A stretch of 64,000 nt of DNA from Microscilla marina ATCC 23134 (lineage in GTDB: Bacteria > Bacteroidota > Bacteroidia > Cytophagales > Microscillaceae). Each line of letters begins with the position of its first letter. The stretch's first letter is position 1. Under the pieces are notes generated by a model. It was not told the DNA's origin. It did not search any database and was given only the letters and a program-made list of their open reading frames with translations. This document shows positions 19,896 through 29,400 of this stretch, in pieces. The stretch is from assembly GCF_000169175.1 (NCBI RefSeq), contig NZ_AAWS01000006.1, positions 7,192 through 71,191 of the forward strand. Reading direction: 5' to 3'. Position numbers and translations under genes: made by a program.

Positions 19896-21113
19896 CTACA
19901 CCAACTTCCCTCGTTTCCATACCTTGTGCGGCTTGAGCTTGCCTTGGTGGTACAAAATCTCCCGATAATCGCTGGTAGCAAAGCCCGCCAAATCAGCCAG
20001 TTGTCCGGCAACCAATTGCCCCCTGTCGTGCAGGTTGAGCGCCTTTGCCGCCCTAAACGTCATTCCGGCAAAAGTTTCTGCGGTGGTGAGCTTTTCTACT
20101 GCACCCAATACTGCTGCTTGCATGAGCAAGTCGCCCATAGGCGCTGAGCCTGGGTTCCAGTCGGTAGCAATTGCCACACAAGCCCCTTGGTCGAGCAATT
20201 TACGCGCAGGAGCATAGTCCATGCCCAAGCCAAAAGTAACCCCTGGCAATACCACTGCTACAGTATCAGCTTTCGCAAAAAGTGCCACTTCTTGGTCGGT
20301 GCTGGCTTCGAGGTGGTCAGCACTGATTGCCCCCACTTCGCACGCAAGTGCACTGCCCCCGGTACTAAACTGATCGGCGTGAATGGTAATGTCAAACCCC
20401 AGAGCCTTTGCCTTGTTGAGGTAATGCCTGCCCTCTTCTACTGAAAAGGCGGTATCTTCGACAAATATATCTACTCGGTTGGCAAGTTTACGCGATTTTA
20501 CTTCGGGCAGTAGTTTTGCCAACACATCGTTGAGGTAGGCAGTAGAATCATCGTATTCGGGTGCCCGCATGTGGGCTGCCAGACAAGTCGCCACTATGTC
20601 TATAGCATGGGTATCATTTACTTTTTTAATGGCTTCCAACATTTTAAGCTCCGCCTCTACCGACAAACCATAACCACTTTTTACCTCACAGGTAGTTACT
20701 CCTTCGGCCAAATGCCTTGATGCTCGTTGGGTGGCTGAGGCTACTAAGGTATCAAGCGAAGCTTCACGGGTTTTTCTTACCGAATCAAGAATTCCTCCTC
20801 CAGCGCGCGCTATCTCAAGGTAAGGCTTACCTGCCACTCGCATGGCATAGTCGCGGGCACGGCTGCCCCCAAAACAAATATGGGTATGAGCATCGACAAA
20901 CCCAGGCAACAAGACACAATCTTCTTCTATGCGTTCTACCTGATCGCAGGTTTTTACCAGCTGATCAAAATCGCCTATTGCTTCTATAATATCATTACTT
21001 ACCAAAACTCCGGCATTTTCTCTGATTACCAATTGCTCATCGCTGATGGCTCCTTTTACAGGAAGGTTTTCGAGGGTAACAACTTGCTTAAAAGGTCCTA
21101 TTAATTTTTTCAT
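19896..21113 (-). CDS. hutI: Imidazolonepropionase (amidohydrolase).
   Basis: GFVDAHTHICFGG metal-binding motif, ...IHADQFS..., and D-W-N-P-G-S near the C-terminus. 405 aa, typical of HutI. Confidence 0.8.
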   Translation of the reverse strand: MKKLIGPFKQVVTLENLPVKGAISDEQLVIRENAGVLVSNDIIEAIGDFDQLVKTCDQVERIEEDCVLLPGFVDAHTHICFGGSRARDYAMRVAGKPYLEIARAGGGILDSVRKTREASLDTLVASATQRASRHLAEGVTTCEVKSGYGLSVEAELKMLEAIKKVNDTHAIDIVATCLAAHMRAPEYDDSTAYLNDVLAKLLPEVKSRKLANRVDIFVEDTAFSVEEGRHYLNKAKALGFDITIHADQFSTGGSALACEVGAISADHLEASTDQEVALFAKADTVAVVLPGVTFGLGMDYAPARKLLDQGACVAIATDWNPGSAPMGDLLMQAAVLGAVEKLTTAETFAGMTFRAAKALNLHDRGQLVAGQLADLAGFATSDYREILYHQGKLKPHKVWKRGKLV

Positions 21114-21606
21114 GATGATAGTTTATAACATTGACGGGACAATATATGAGAAATTCAGCCCTTGATGAATCAGGATTTACAATTTTTGGTATAAAATCAA
21201 ATGATTTCACTTTATTTAAGGCAAAAATTACTTAGCTTACCCTCAATGAGGATATGGTAAATATTGCCCCCTCACAACCTCACCAAAAATAGTCGCATTC
21301 AAAAAAGTTTTACACTCAACGATTGCGCTATTTTTGTGGCAATTTTTTAAGTCAATCAATAAAAAATCAATCATTTATTAAAAGTAAACAGCCATCGTGG
21401 GAAAGATATTTTTGACTTTGAAACAAGGCATTTTTTCAGTTCGTAGAGCTTTTATGGACATTGAGGCAAGCCTCTGAGTCACAGAAAAAACTCGCCCAAA
21501 TCAAAAAACTATTTTTTGTCCATGACTTATTAAAATAACTTTCGTTTATAGCAGAACTCATATTGAGTTCACAAAAAATTAAGTTTGTAACCAAATCCAT
21601 TAATCT

Positions 21607-23109
21607 ATGAACTTCAAAACAATTACAAATCAAATGAACTTTTGGGGGGTAATGACCCTTGTTTGCTTGTTCCTTGCCAAACCCCAACAATCTAAAGCCC
21701 AAGGCGACTTGATGGCTATGGCAGACAGTGCCAATGTATTTGCCATTCCTTTTGGCTACACTCAAATCGGTGAAACTGGTTATGTAGGGTTTCGCTTACA
21801 ACCTGAGCTTGCTTTTGGCAAAATAGGGGTTGGTTTAGACATTCCTATTATGTTTAGTACCAAAGATGGTTCGTTCCGGGCAGAAGAATTTCAAGACGGA
21901 TTGGGCGGTGTTTTGCGTATGATTCAGTATTTCCGTTATGGACGTAAGCGTCGCGATCCTTTTTACATCAAAGTAGGGGTGCTCAGAAGATCATATTTAG
22001 GATTTGGCGGCTTATTGAACAACTATACCAACTCGCCTAGTTTTGAGCGTCGTAAGGTAGGTTTTGAATTTGACATCAGCCCTGGCAACAGGTTTTTTGG
22101 GGTAGAGGGTTTATACAGCGATATTAATGGCTTGAACCTGTTGGCTGTTCGTCCTTATGTACGTCCTTTTGTCAACTCTCTTGCGCCTATTATCAATACC
22201 TTCGAGATTGGGGTAGGAGTCGTACATGACCGTTCGCAACAAGCTCTACCGGTAGCATCTACCACCACACCTTTGCCTATCACCATTCCTACTACCTCGG
22301 CAGACTCTACTACCGACTTACGAGATACCCGCTATGTAAACAACGGAATGACTGGTTTGAACGTAGACGCGGGCATCACCCTTTTAAACATTCCTTTTAT
22401 AAAGGTAGATGCTTATACCCAATATGCTTTTTTGTTGAAAAACAACTCTGACAGCCTCAAAAAAGACTTGGATGCTATAGCTTCAGTGGCTGGAAACGAA
22501 GCCGTGAAAGAATATGGTACTGGTTCGGGTTTTAGTGCTGGGGTAAGGGCTCGTTTGAACTTCATTGCCAATATATTTGCTATGGAAGCACGTTTGGAAT
22601 ACCAAAACTACAGTAAGTTCTTCCGCCCTCAGTTTTTTGATGCTGCCTACGAAATAAATAAGGATGCAGGTATTTTGGCGCTTGCTACTGACACTACTGC
22701 TACCAATGGTATTTATGGTACTTTGAGTGGGCATTTGTTGAATAAAATTAAAATTACGGGTGGTTTACAATTGCCTTTTGAGATTAGCAAAACCAACCCT
22801 GCTTTATTGTTTATTCAGGGAGATGCTACTGGTTTGATCCCTAAAGTAGTATTATCAGGAACTTATGTAAAGGGCAACCTTTTTACGTTGCAAGATGCTT
22901 TGGTGTTAGACGATCGCTCACTTGCCAATGTAAGAGCGGCTTATCAGTTGTATTCCTGGCTTACTTTAGGCGTTGACTTCCGCTGGACGTTTGCCAAAGT
23001 AACCAACGACACTTTTGACCCTCCCATAGAAAGAGTAGAGGCTACTCGTTATGTGATGCCTTATGTAGGGATAAATATTCCTTTATTTAGTAACAAATCT
23101 GCTAACTAA
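21607..23109 (+). CDS. Hypothetical secreted/outer-membrane protein with a signal peptide. An alternative start is at 21637.
   Basis: MTLVCLFLAKPQQSKAQ signal-peptide-like N-terminus. It has alternating beta-strand-like composition and ends in an aromatic-rich C-terminus. Confidence 0.5.
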   Translation: MNFKTITNQMNFWGVMTLVCLFLAKPQQSKAQGDLMAMADSANVFAIPFGYTQIGETGYVGFRLQPELAFGKIGVGLDIPIMFSTKDGSFRAEEFQDGLGGVLRMIQYFRYGRKRRDPFYIKVGVLRRSYLGFGGLLNNYTNSPSFERRKVGFEFDISPGNRFFGVEGLYSDINGLNLLAVRPYVRPFVNSLAPIINTFEIGVGVVHDRSQQALPVASTTTPLPITIPTTSADSTTDLRDTRYVNNGMTGLNVDAGITLLNIPFIKVDAYTQYAFLLKNNSDSLKKDLDAIASVAGNEAVKEYGTGSGFSAGVRARLNFIANIFAMEARLEYQNYSKFFRPQFFDAAYEINKDAGILALATDTTATNGIYGTLSGHLLNKIKITGGLQLPFEISKTNPALLFIQGDATGLIPKVVLSGTYVKGNLFTLQDALVLDDRSLANVRAAYQLYSWLTLGVDFRWTFAKVTNDTFDPPIERVEATRYVMPYVGINIPLFSNKSAN

Positions 23110-23130
23110 GGAGTAAAATCTTATTTATAT

Positions 23131-23174
23131 AAAACAAAAGCGAGACAAAGTTACTTTGCCTCGCTTTTGTTTTG
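23131..23174. terminator. Bidirectional rho-independent terminator between the convergent genes.
   Basis: Perfect 14-bp stem aaaacaaaagcgag / ctcgcttttgtttt with a 15-nt loop. It is flanked by A-run and T-run. Confidence 0.65.
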
Positions 23175-23227
23175 TTATGTATATAGGTGTTTGCTTGTCG
23201 CTCATTGCTCAAAGCCTTTATCTCTCT

Positions 23228-25522
23228 CTATTTGCCAAACTTTGCTTTCAAGGCGGCCAGTTTAGAGTTAAAGTCTCCTTCTGGAACTTCTTCTTCTTTT
23301 TTACTTTTATTGCCTACTCCGTCTTTGCGTCGGTTTTGCGGCTTGTTTTTGCGGTCTTTGTTATTGCGTCGTTTGGCCGTATCAGCAGCTCCAGCTTCGC
23401 CTTTCATTGTCAGTTGAATACGCTTGCGTTCTACGTCTACGTCCAACACCATTACCTCTACCTTTTGCTGTACTTTTACTACCTCGTTGGGGTCGCTTAC
23501 AAAAGTATTGGACAACTCGCTGATATGCACCAAACCATCCTGGTGTACACCAATATCTACAAAAGCACCAAACTTAGTTACATTGGTTACTACACCGTTG
23601 AGCTTCATTCCGGTTTTGAGATCTTCTATAGTATTTACGCCTTCGGCAAACTCTACCACCTCAAACTTAGCCCGAGGGTCGCGCCCTGGTTTGGCAAGTT
23701 CTTGCAAAATATCGTTCAGTGTAGGCAAACCCACCGTATCGGTTACATACTTTTTAGGGTCAATCTGCTGGCGTAACTTGTCGTCTTTCATGAGGTCGGT
23801 TACTGAGCAGCCCAAGTCTTTAGCCATTTGTTCTACAATGGGGTAACTTTCGGGGTGTACTGCACTGGCATCGAGTGGGTTGGGAGCATCGCCAATGCGC
23901 AAGAAACCAGCCGCTTGTTCAAACGCCTTGTTGCCCAAACGCTTTACTTTTTTGAGTTCCGCCCGGCTTTTAAACGCACCGTTTTCATTGCGGTATTCTA
24001 TGATATTTTGCGCAAGCACAGGGCCTAAACCAGATACATAAGTCAGGAGTTGTTTACTTGCTGTATTTACTTCTACCCCTACCTTGTTTACACTACTCTC
24101 TACCACGTCGTCCAGGCTTTTCTTGAGAGCGGTTTGGTCTACATCGTGTTGGTATTGCCCTACTCCTATCGATTTTGGGTCTAGTTTTACCAGCTCAGCC
24201 AGTGGGTCCATCAAACGGCGTCCAATAGAAACCGATCCTCTGACAGTAATGTCTTCATCAGGAAACTCTTCGCGTGCTACCTCAGACGCTGAGTAGATAG
24301 ACGCTCCGCTTTCATTGACCATTACCACCAAAACTTCTTTAGACAAGCCAATGCTGCGAATAAAAGCTTCGGTTTCGCGGCTTGCGGTACCATTGCCAAT
24401 GGCTATAGCCTGTACATCGTATTTTTTGCACAAATCGTGAATGGTGGCCATTGCTTCGGTGCGGCGACGATCGGGAAAGATAACGTCGTGCTTCAGCAAC
24501 TTACCTTGTGGGTCGAGGCATACTACCTTGCAGCCTGTACGAAAACCAGGGTCGATTGCTAAGACTGCTTTTTGCCCCAAAGGAGCCGCCAGTAAGAGTT
24601 CACGTAAGTTGTCGGCAAATACCTGAATAGCCTCAGAATCGGCCTTTTTCTTTGCCTTAAGGCGCACTTCGGTTTCCATAGAAGATTTAAGCAAACGCTT
24701 GTAGGCATCTTTTACGGCAAGTTCCATTTGCTCGGTGTTTTCGGCATTGCTGCCTTCTTTCACAAAACGGTGGGCAAGTTTTTGTAGAGCTTCTTCTTCT
24801 TCGGGCGAGGTATCAAGCGACAACATGCCTTCTTTTTCACCTCTACGAATGGCCAATACCCGATGTGAAGGAGCCTCTTGCACGGCTTCTTCCCAGTCGA
24901 AGTAGTCCATATATTTTTTGGCTTCTTCTTCTTTGCCTGGAATCACTTTTACGGTGTAGGCGCCTTTTTTCCAGAACAAGTCGCGCATAGTAGCACGGGC
25001 TTCCACATCTTCGTTTACTTTTTCGGCAATAATGTCGCGGGCTCCGGCAAGGGCTTCTTCCTCAGTATTTACGCCCTTTTCGGGATCAATAAATTTTTTG
25101 GCTTCTGCTATTAAGTCAAAATCTTCCTGAGCGAATATTTTTTCTCCCAAAGGTTCCAACCCTTTTTCGCGGGCAATGGTAGCGCGGGTGCGCTTTTTGG
25201 GTTTGTAAGGCAGGTACAAATCTTCGAGGGCTGTCATAGTTTCGGCAGCCTCTATTTTCTTTTTGAGTTCAGGGGTGAGTTTACCCTGTTCTTCTATCGA
25301 TTTTAGTATAGCCTCTCTTCTTTTGTCCAAGTCGCGCAGTTGCGTCAGTCGGTCACGAATTTGTGCAATGACAACTTCGTTTAAGCTTCCGGTGGCTTCT
25401 TTACGGTATCGGGCAATAAAAGGAATGGTAGCCCCTTCGTCGAGCAATAACGCCGTGGCTGCCACCTGGTGCTCAGTAATATTTAGTTCCTGAGCTATTT
25501 TTGGAAAATGTGGATTGTTCAT
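23228..25522 (-). CDS. tex: Transcription accessory protein Tex (YqgF/RNase H-like, HhH and S1 domains).
   Basis: N-terminus MNNPHFPKIAQELNITEHQVAATALLLDEGATIPFIARYRKE is the canonical Tex start. It has an S1 domain near the C-terminus and a basic tail. 764 aa. Confidence 0.9.
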   Translation of the reverse strand: MNNPHFPKIAQELNITEHQVAATALLLDEGATIPFIARYRKEATGSLNEVVIAQIRDRLTQLRDLDKRREAILKSIEEQGKLTPELKKKIEAAETMTALEDLYLPYKPKKRTRATIAREKGLEPLGEKIFAQEDFDLIAEAKKFIDPEKGVNTEEEALAGARDIIAEKVNEDVEARATMRDLFWKKGAYTVKVIPGKEEEAKKYMDYFDWEEAVQEAPSHRVLAIRRGEKEGMLSLDTSPEEEEALQKLAHRFVKEGSNAENTEQMELAVKDAYKRLLKSSMETEVRLKAKKKADSEAIQVFADNLRELLLAAPLGQKAVLAIDPGFRTGCKVVCLDPQGKLLKHDVIFPDRRRTEAMATIHDLCKKYDVQAIAIGNGTASRETEAFIRSIGLSKEVLVVMVNESGASIYSASEVAREEFPDEDITVRGSVSIGRRLMDPLAELVKLDPKSIGVGQYQHDVDQTALKKSLDDVVESSVNKVGVEVNTASKQLLTYVSGLGPVLAQNIIEYRNENGAFKSRAELKKVKRLGNKAFEQAAGFLRIGDAPNPLDASAVHPESYPIVEQMAKDLGCSVTDLMKDDKLRQQIDPKKYVTDTVGLPTLNDILQELAKPGRDPRAKFEVVEFAEGVNTIEDLKTGMKLNGVVTNVTKFGAFVDIGVHQDGLVHISELSNTFVSDPNEVVKVQQKVEVMVLDVDVERKRIQLTMKGEAGAADTAKRRNNKDRKNKPQNRRKDGVGNKSKKEEEVPEGDFNSKLAALKAKFGK

Positions 25523-25569
25523 GTATTCACAATAATATCAAAATAAGTGAACAAAGTTACAAAAACTTG

Positions 25570-25745
25570 GGGTTTGGGCAGACGTTGATTTGGTAAATAT
25601 TTCTTTTTTATAAGAAAAACACCTCTTCATCTACTATCTTACCCTTCCCCGAAAGTTGATGAATAAATTCTGCTTCCCTGGGTGACATAGAATTATCTGA
25701 CACAATCACCTTTTTTAGTTTTTTTAGCTTTAGTTCAAAAGCCCC
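25570..25745 (-). pseudogene. Remnant of the 3' end of an LRR-protein paralog, plus about 35 bp of its downstream flank. It is truncated by the adjacent MITE-like element.
   Basis: 25575-25745 aligns at roughly 85-90 percent with 31125-31300, which is the C-terminus and downstream of the LRR gene 31159..31944. There is no intact ORF. Confidence 0.55.
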
Positions 25746-25928
25746 AACAAGGTTCTAGTGCACTGGGGATTAAATAAATATACTATTTATTCGAGGGTAT
25801 TTTGTTTGCTGACGCACTTCAAAAAGTGCGCATAGCCAAAGCTACGCAAACTTTTTTAAGTAAAGTCAGCGAGCTAAAGACTCCGAATAATGTGGTAGTA
25901 ATTTAGTCTCCAGTGCACTAGGTACAAC
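25741..25928. mobile_element. MITE-like palindromic intergenic element (copy A) with terminal inverted repeats gccccaacaaggttctagtgcactgggg / tctccagtgcactaggtacaac.
   Basis: The terminal inverted repeats are visible directly. Related copies occur at 33879-33979 and 35707-35940. Confidence 0.6.
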
Positions 25929-26468
25929 TTGTTTAACTGCGATGAGCTCAGCACAGTTAAACTGTAGCTTCGGTTTTTCAAAAGTAATTTTTTTGCTATG
26001 CTTCTCTTAACCTAATGGCTATGGTGGAGACACAAACCGAGGCGAAAAAATAGTAGGGTAGAATAGACGACACAAAAAACATCTTTCCCTTATTTTTTTC
26101 CTATTCTAAAAAATAGTAGGGCAAAACAAACAATTTGTTTCTTTTACACCTCAAATTGCTGCTATCATCCCTGATTTTGAACACTTCTTTATATGCTGCC
26201 TAAAGTTTCCACCTCTTCTTACTATAGGTACAATTTGAATAAAAAAAATACAATGAAATTCTTTCCAATTACCAGTTATACCCCAAAAACGACCACTTAT
26301 ACCTCGTTTTGGGAAAGTATTTTTCTTTGTAAGACCTTTGCCGGTGGGGATTCCGAAAACCCAACAACAGAGTAGGAAATTAGATATTACAATACTTACC
26401 AGGCAGATGGTGGATAATAAGTGCCTATCAAAATAATTCAAGACTGCCTGTTGGTTAATACACAAGTT

Positions 26469-29400
26469 ATGATACATTTTACAAACAAGGTCGTCGGACT
26501 AAAACCGCCTGTGCAGCCTTTTTACCTGGCTTGCTTGCTGGCTTTTGTTGCGTGCATTCATCCGCTCAAAGCGCAACTTACTGCTGTGTCTAATAGCACA
26601 GTGATGTCTGTCGATGGTTCTGAAAGCCCAGCAACAAGTAATATTTGGAAATTTTTTGATGGGGCAAATCTTTCAACCAACGATTCTGACCTTACCGGAA
26701 ATCAGGTGATTTCGTTACAAAAGAAAGGAAGAGCACGCCGCTCGTATACAGTGACCGAGGCTGGTTATTACCGGGTACGGGTAAAGGCTGCATTGCGTGC
26801 CAAGGTGCTGAACACACAACGCCCAAATGTGGGCATACGCATAGATGGTATCGATTTGGGTAATATACCAGTGCCCTCTGACTCTTACACCGACTTACAT
26901 TCTTTGGCCATTTATTTAACTGCTGGCAACCACAATATAGAACTCAGAAGAGTTCCTTCACAAGAAGGTGATCAAACCGCCTTTGTAGACGATTTGCGCC
27001 TTGAGAAACTACACGATTGGCAAATTTGGATAAACAGCCAGACAAACAGTAGCCAGATGGTAACTATACCAGCAGGAACCACTGTAGTAATGAATGGAAA
27101 CATCAAGGCAAAACGCATCATGGTGAAGGGACACCTGGTGGCGGCCCAAAACCGTGACCTGGATATTACTACTCATAATATTATGGTGATGGGAGCAGGA
27201 GCTTTGTTTGAACTTGGGCAGGCACTGGTTCCTTACCCTAAACAAGCCACCATTACCCTCAATGCACCTGGGGATGGTACTGCTCACTCAACAATGGGAG
27301 ATAATTATTTGGGAGCTATGGGAGGTGCCCGCCTGGAGATGCATGGTTTGGCAAAAACCAGTTGGACAAAACTGCAAAGTGGCGGTGCTGTTGGTAGCAA
27401 TCAAATTGTGTTGGAAGGGGCTATCCCCCACTGGAAAGCGGGTGATGAGATCATCATTACATCCAATCGTCTTACCAAGGAAGAAGGTGTCTGGGTTGAT
27501 CGATCCGAAAAACGCACCATTCATTCAGTAGCAGGAAGACGAGTTACCTTAAGCACCGCTTTGACCTATGCGCATAATGGAGGGGTAAAAACTTACAAAA
27601 ATGCTGAAGACTCCCCAACCTGGACGGCCGACCTAAGAGCCGAAGTAGGTATGCTTACCCACAATATTAAAATACAGGGAGCCCCTACTACTACAGGCTA
27701 TGGTGGCCACATCATGATAATGGGCAATGGCAAGGCTTATGTAAGTGGCGTGGAACTATACAACATGGGGCAAAAACAGAAAATGGGGCGTTACCCGTTC
27801 CACTGGCATATGTTGGGTAAGGCAGGTAAGGGACAATACTTCAAAAACTCCAGTGTGCACCAATCGTACAACCGAGCCATTACCATTCATGGTACAGACA
27901 GCACACTCGTTGAAAACAATTTTTGTTATGACCACATCGGGCATGGCGTCTTTCTGGAAGATGGCAGCGAACGTTTTAACACCATCAAAAAAAATGTGGT
28001 ATTGCTTACCAAACGTCCCGAAAAAGGAGAAGAACTAATTATTTCTGATAACGAGCTTGATAAAATGCAAGACCGCACCCCAGCCAGCTTCTGGATTACC
28101 AACCCCCAAAACACCTTTGAAGACAACATAGCCGCTGGCACACATGGTACAGGGTATTGGTTTGCGTTCCCTCTCAAGCCTACAGGAGCATCAGCTAACG
28201 ACCCTCGCTTTAAGGATATGGAACCATACAAGTCGCCTCTTATTAGTTTTAAGGGTAATGTGGCCCATAGTTGTATGTCTGGTTTTGATATTTTTGACCA
28301 AATACGTTCTGATCACAAGATTTTGGTGAGCATGGGATGGGATAACAAGGAAGAACACTTGATGGAAGACTGCCTGTGGTTTGCCAATGATTTGGCACTG
28401 TATGCAGGCTTTGGCTGGCTTGAACATATTGTGCAAGGTCCTACCGATAACCTTATTTTTAGAAACAATATATTCGTTGAAAACAAGGCGGCTACTATGT
28501 TTGCCAGCAACTGCATTGTAGATAAGTCGGTGTTTGTGGCTCATTCAGGTTATGATTTGATTCCTGCAAACGAGGAGCGCCGGGCGTATTTGGTATACGA
28601 TGGCCCTGGCCAAATACATCATAGTCATTTTATAGGGTGGGATCATAAAAAAGCCAACTTGTTGGGGAACATTGGTTCAGCTATCAAACATGTAAACCAT
28701 ATATTTAGGGGTAACACCACTAATCAGGTAGTTCGTTGTGAATTAGATAACTTCAATATTCAACCAACAAATGACCAGCCTTTATTCAGACTTCGCCCCA
28801 GAGTTTGGTCTGTGGTGGTTAAAGACGAAACCGGAACTTTTACCGGGATACCTAACACTGCTTTGGTAAGCAACCATCCTTTTATATTGGTGGGCGATGA
28901 AAAAAACCCATATCCAAACAAATGGGCAAATGTTTATCGCAGTCATCATCGTTTTGCTTTGGCTACGTTGCGTTATCCTGATATTGAAACAAACAAGTTT
29001 CCCAATATTGTGGTTACCCGTCAAAAACAAGGTGCTGAGTCCCGACAGGTTTCTTACAAACCAGATGGTGTGCAGGTAGGTAATTACCAATCGCTGCCTG
29101 TAATTGTAAACGAGGGCTTTGAATATATATATGAGTTTGACAAGCTGCCTTCAACGCAGATGATACAAATGCGAATGGATGATGCTACAACAGGCGATGA
29201 GAACACTACTGTCTTCAAAGACTTTGGTAAACTGGGTGGTTTAGAGGTAGCCGCTATTGATTGCCCCAGTTGCCCTGATAAGACCGCTTTAAGTATGTCT
29301 TCGTATACATCTTTAGATGATTTGCGTAGCGCGCCGGGCAGTGGGTACTACATAGAGCCAGCGGGTGATTTGTATGTAAAAGTAAAAGCCATTGGCAACA

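Noticed and set aside
21436-21765. 109-aa minus-strand ORF in the leader of the 21607 gene
   Set aside because: It overlaps the start and signal peptide of the plus-strand gene, lies in an AT-rich promoter region, and has no motifs.
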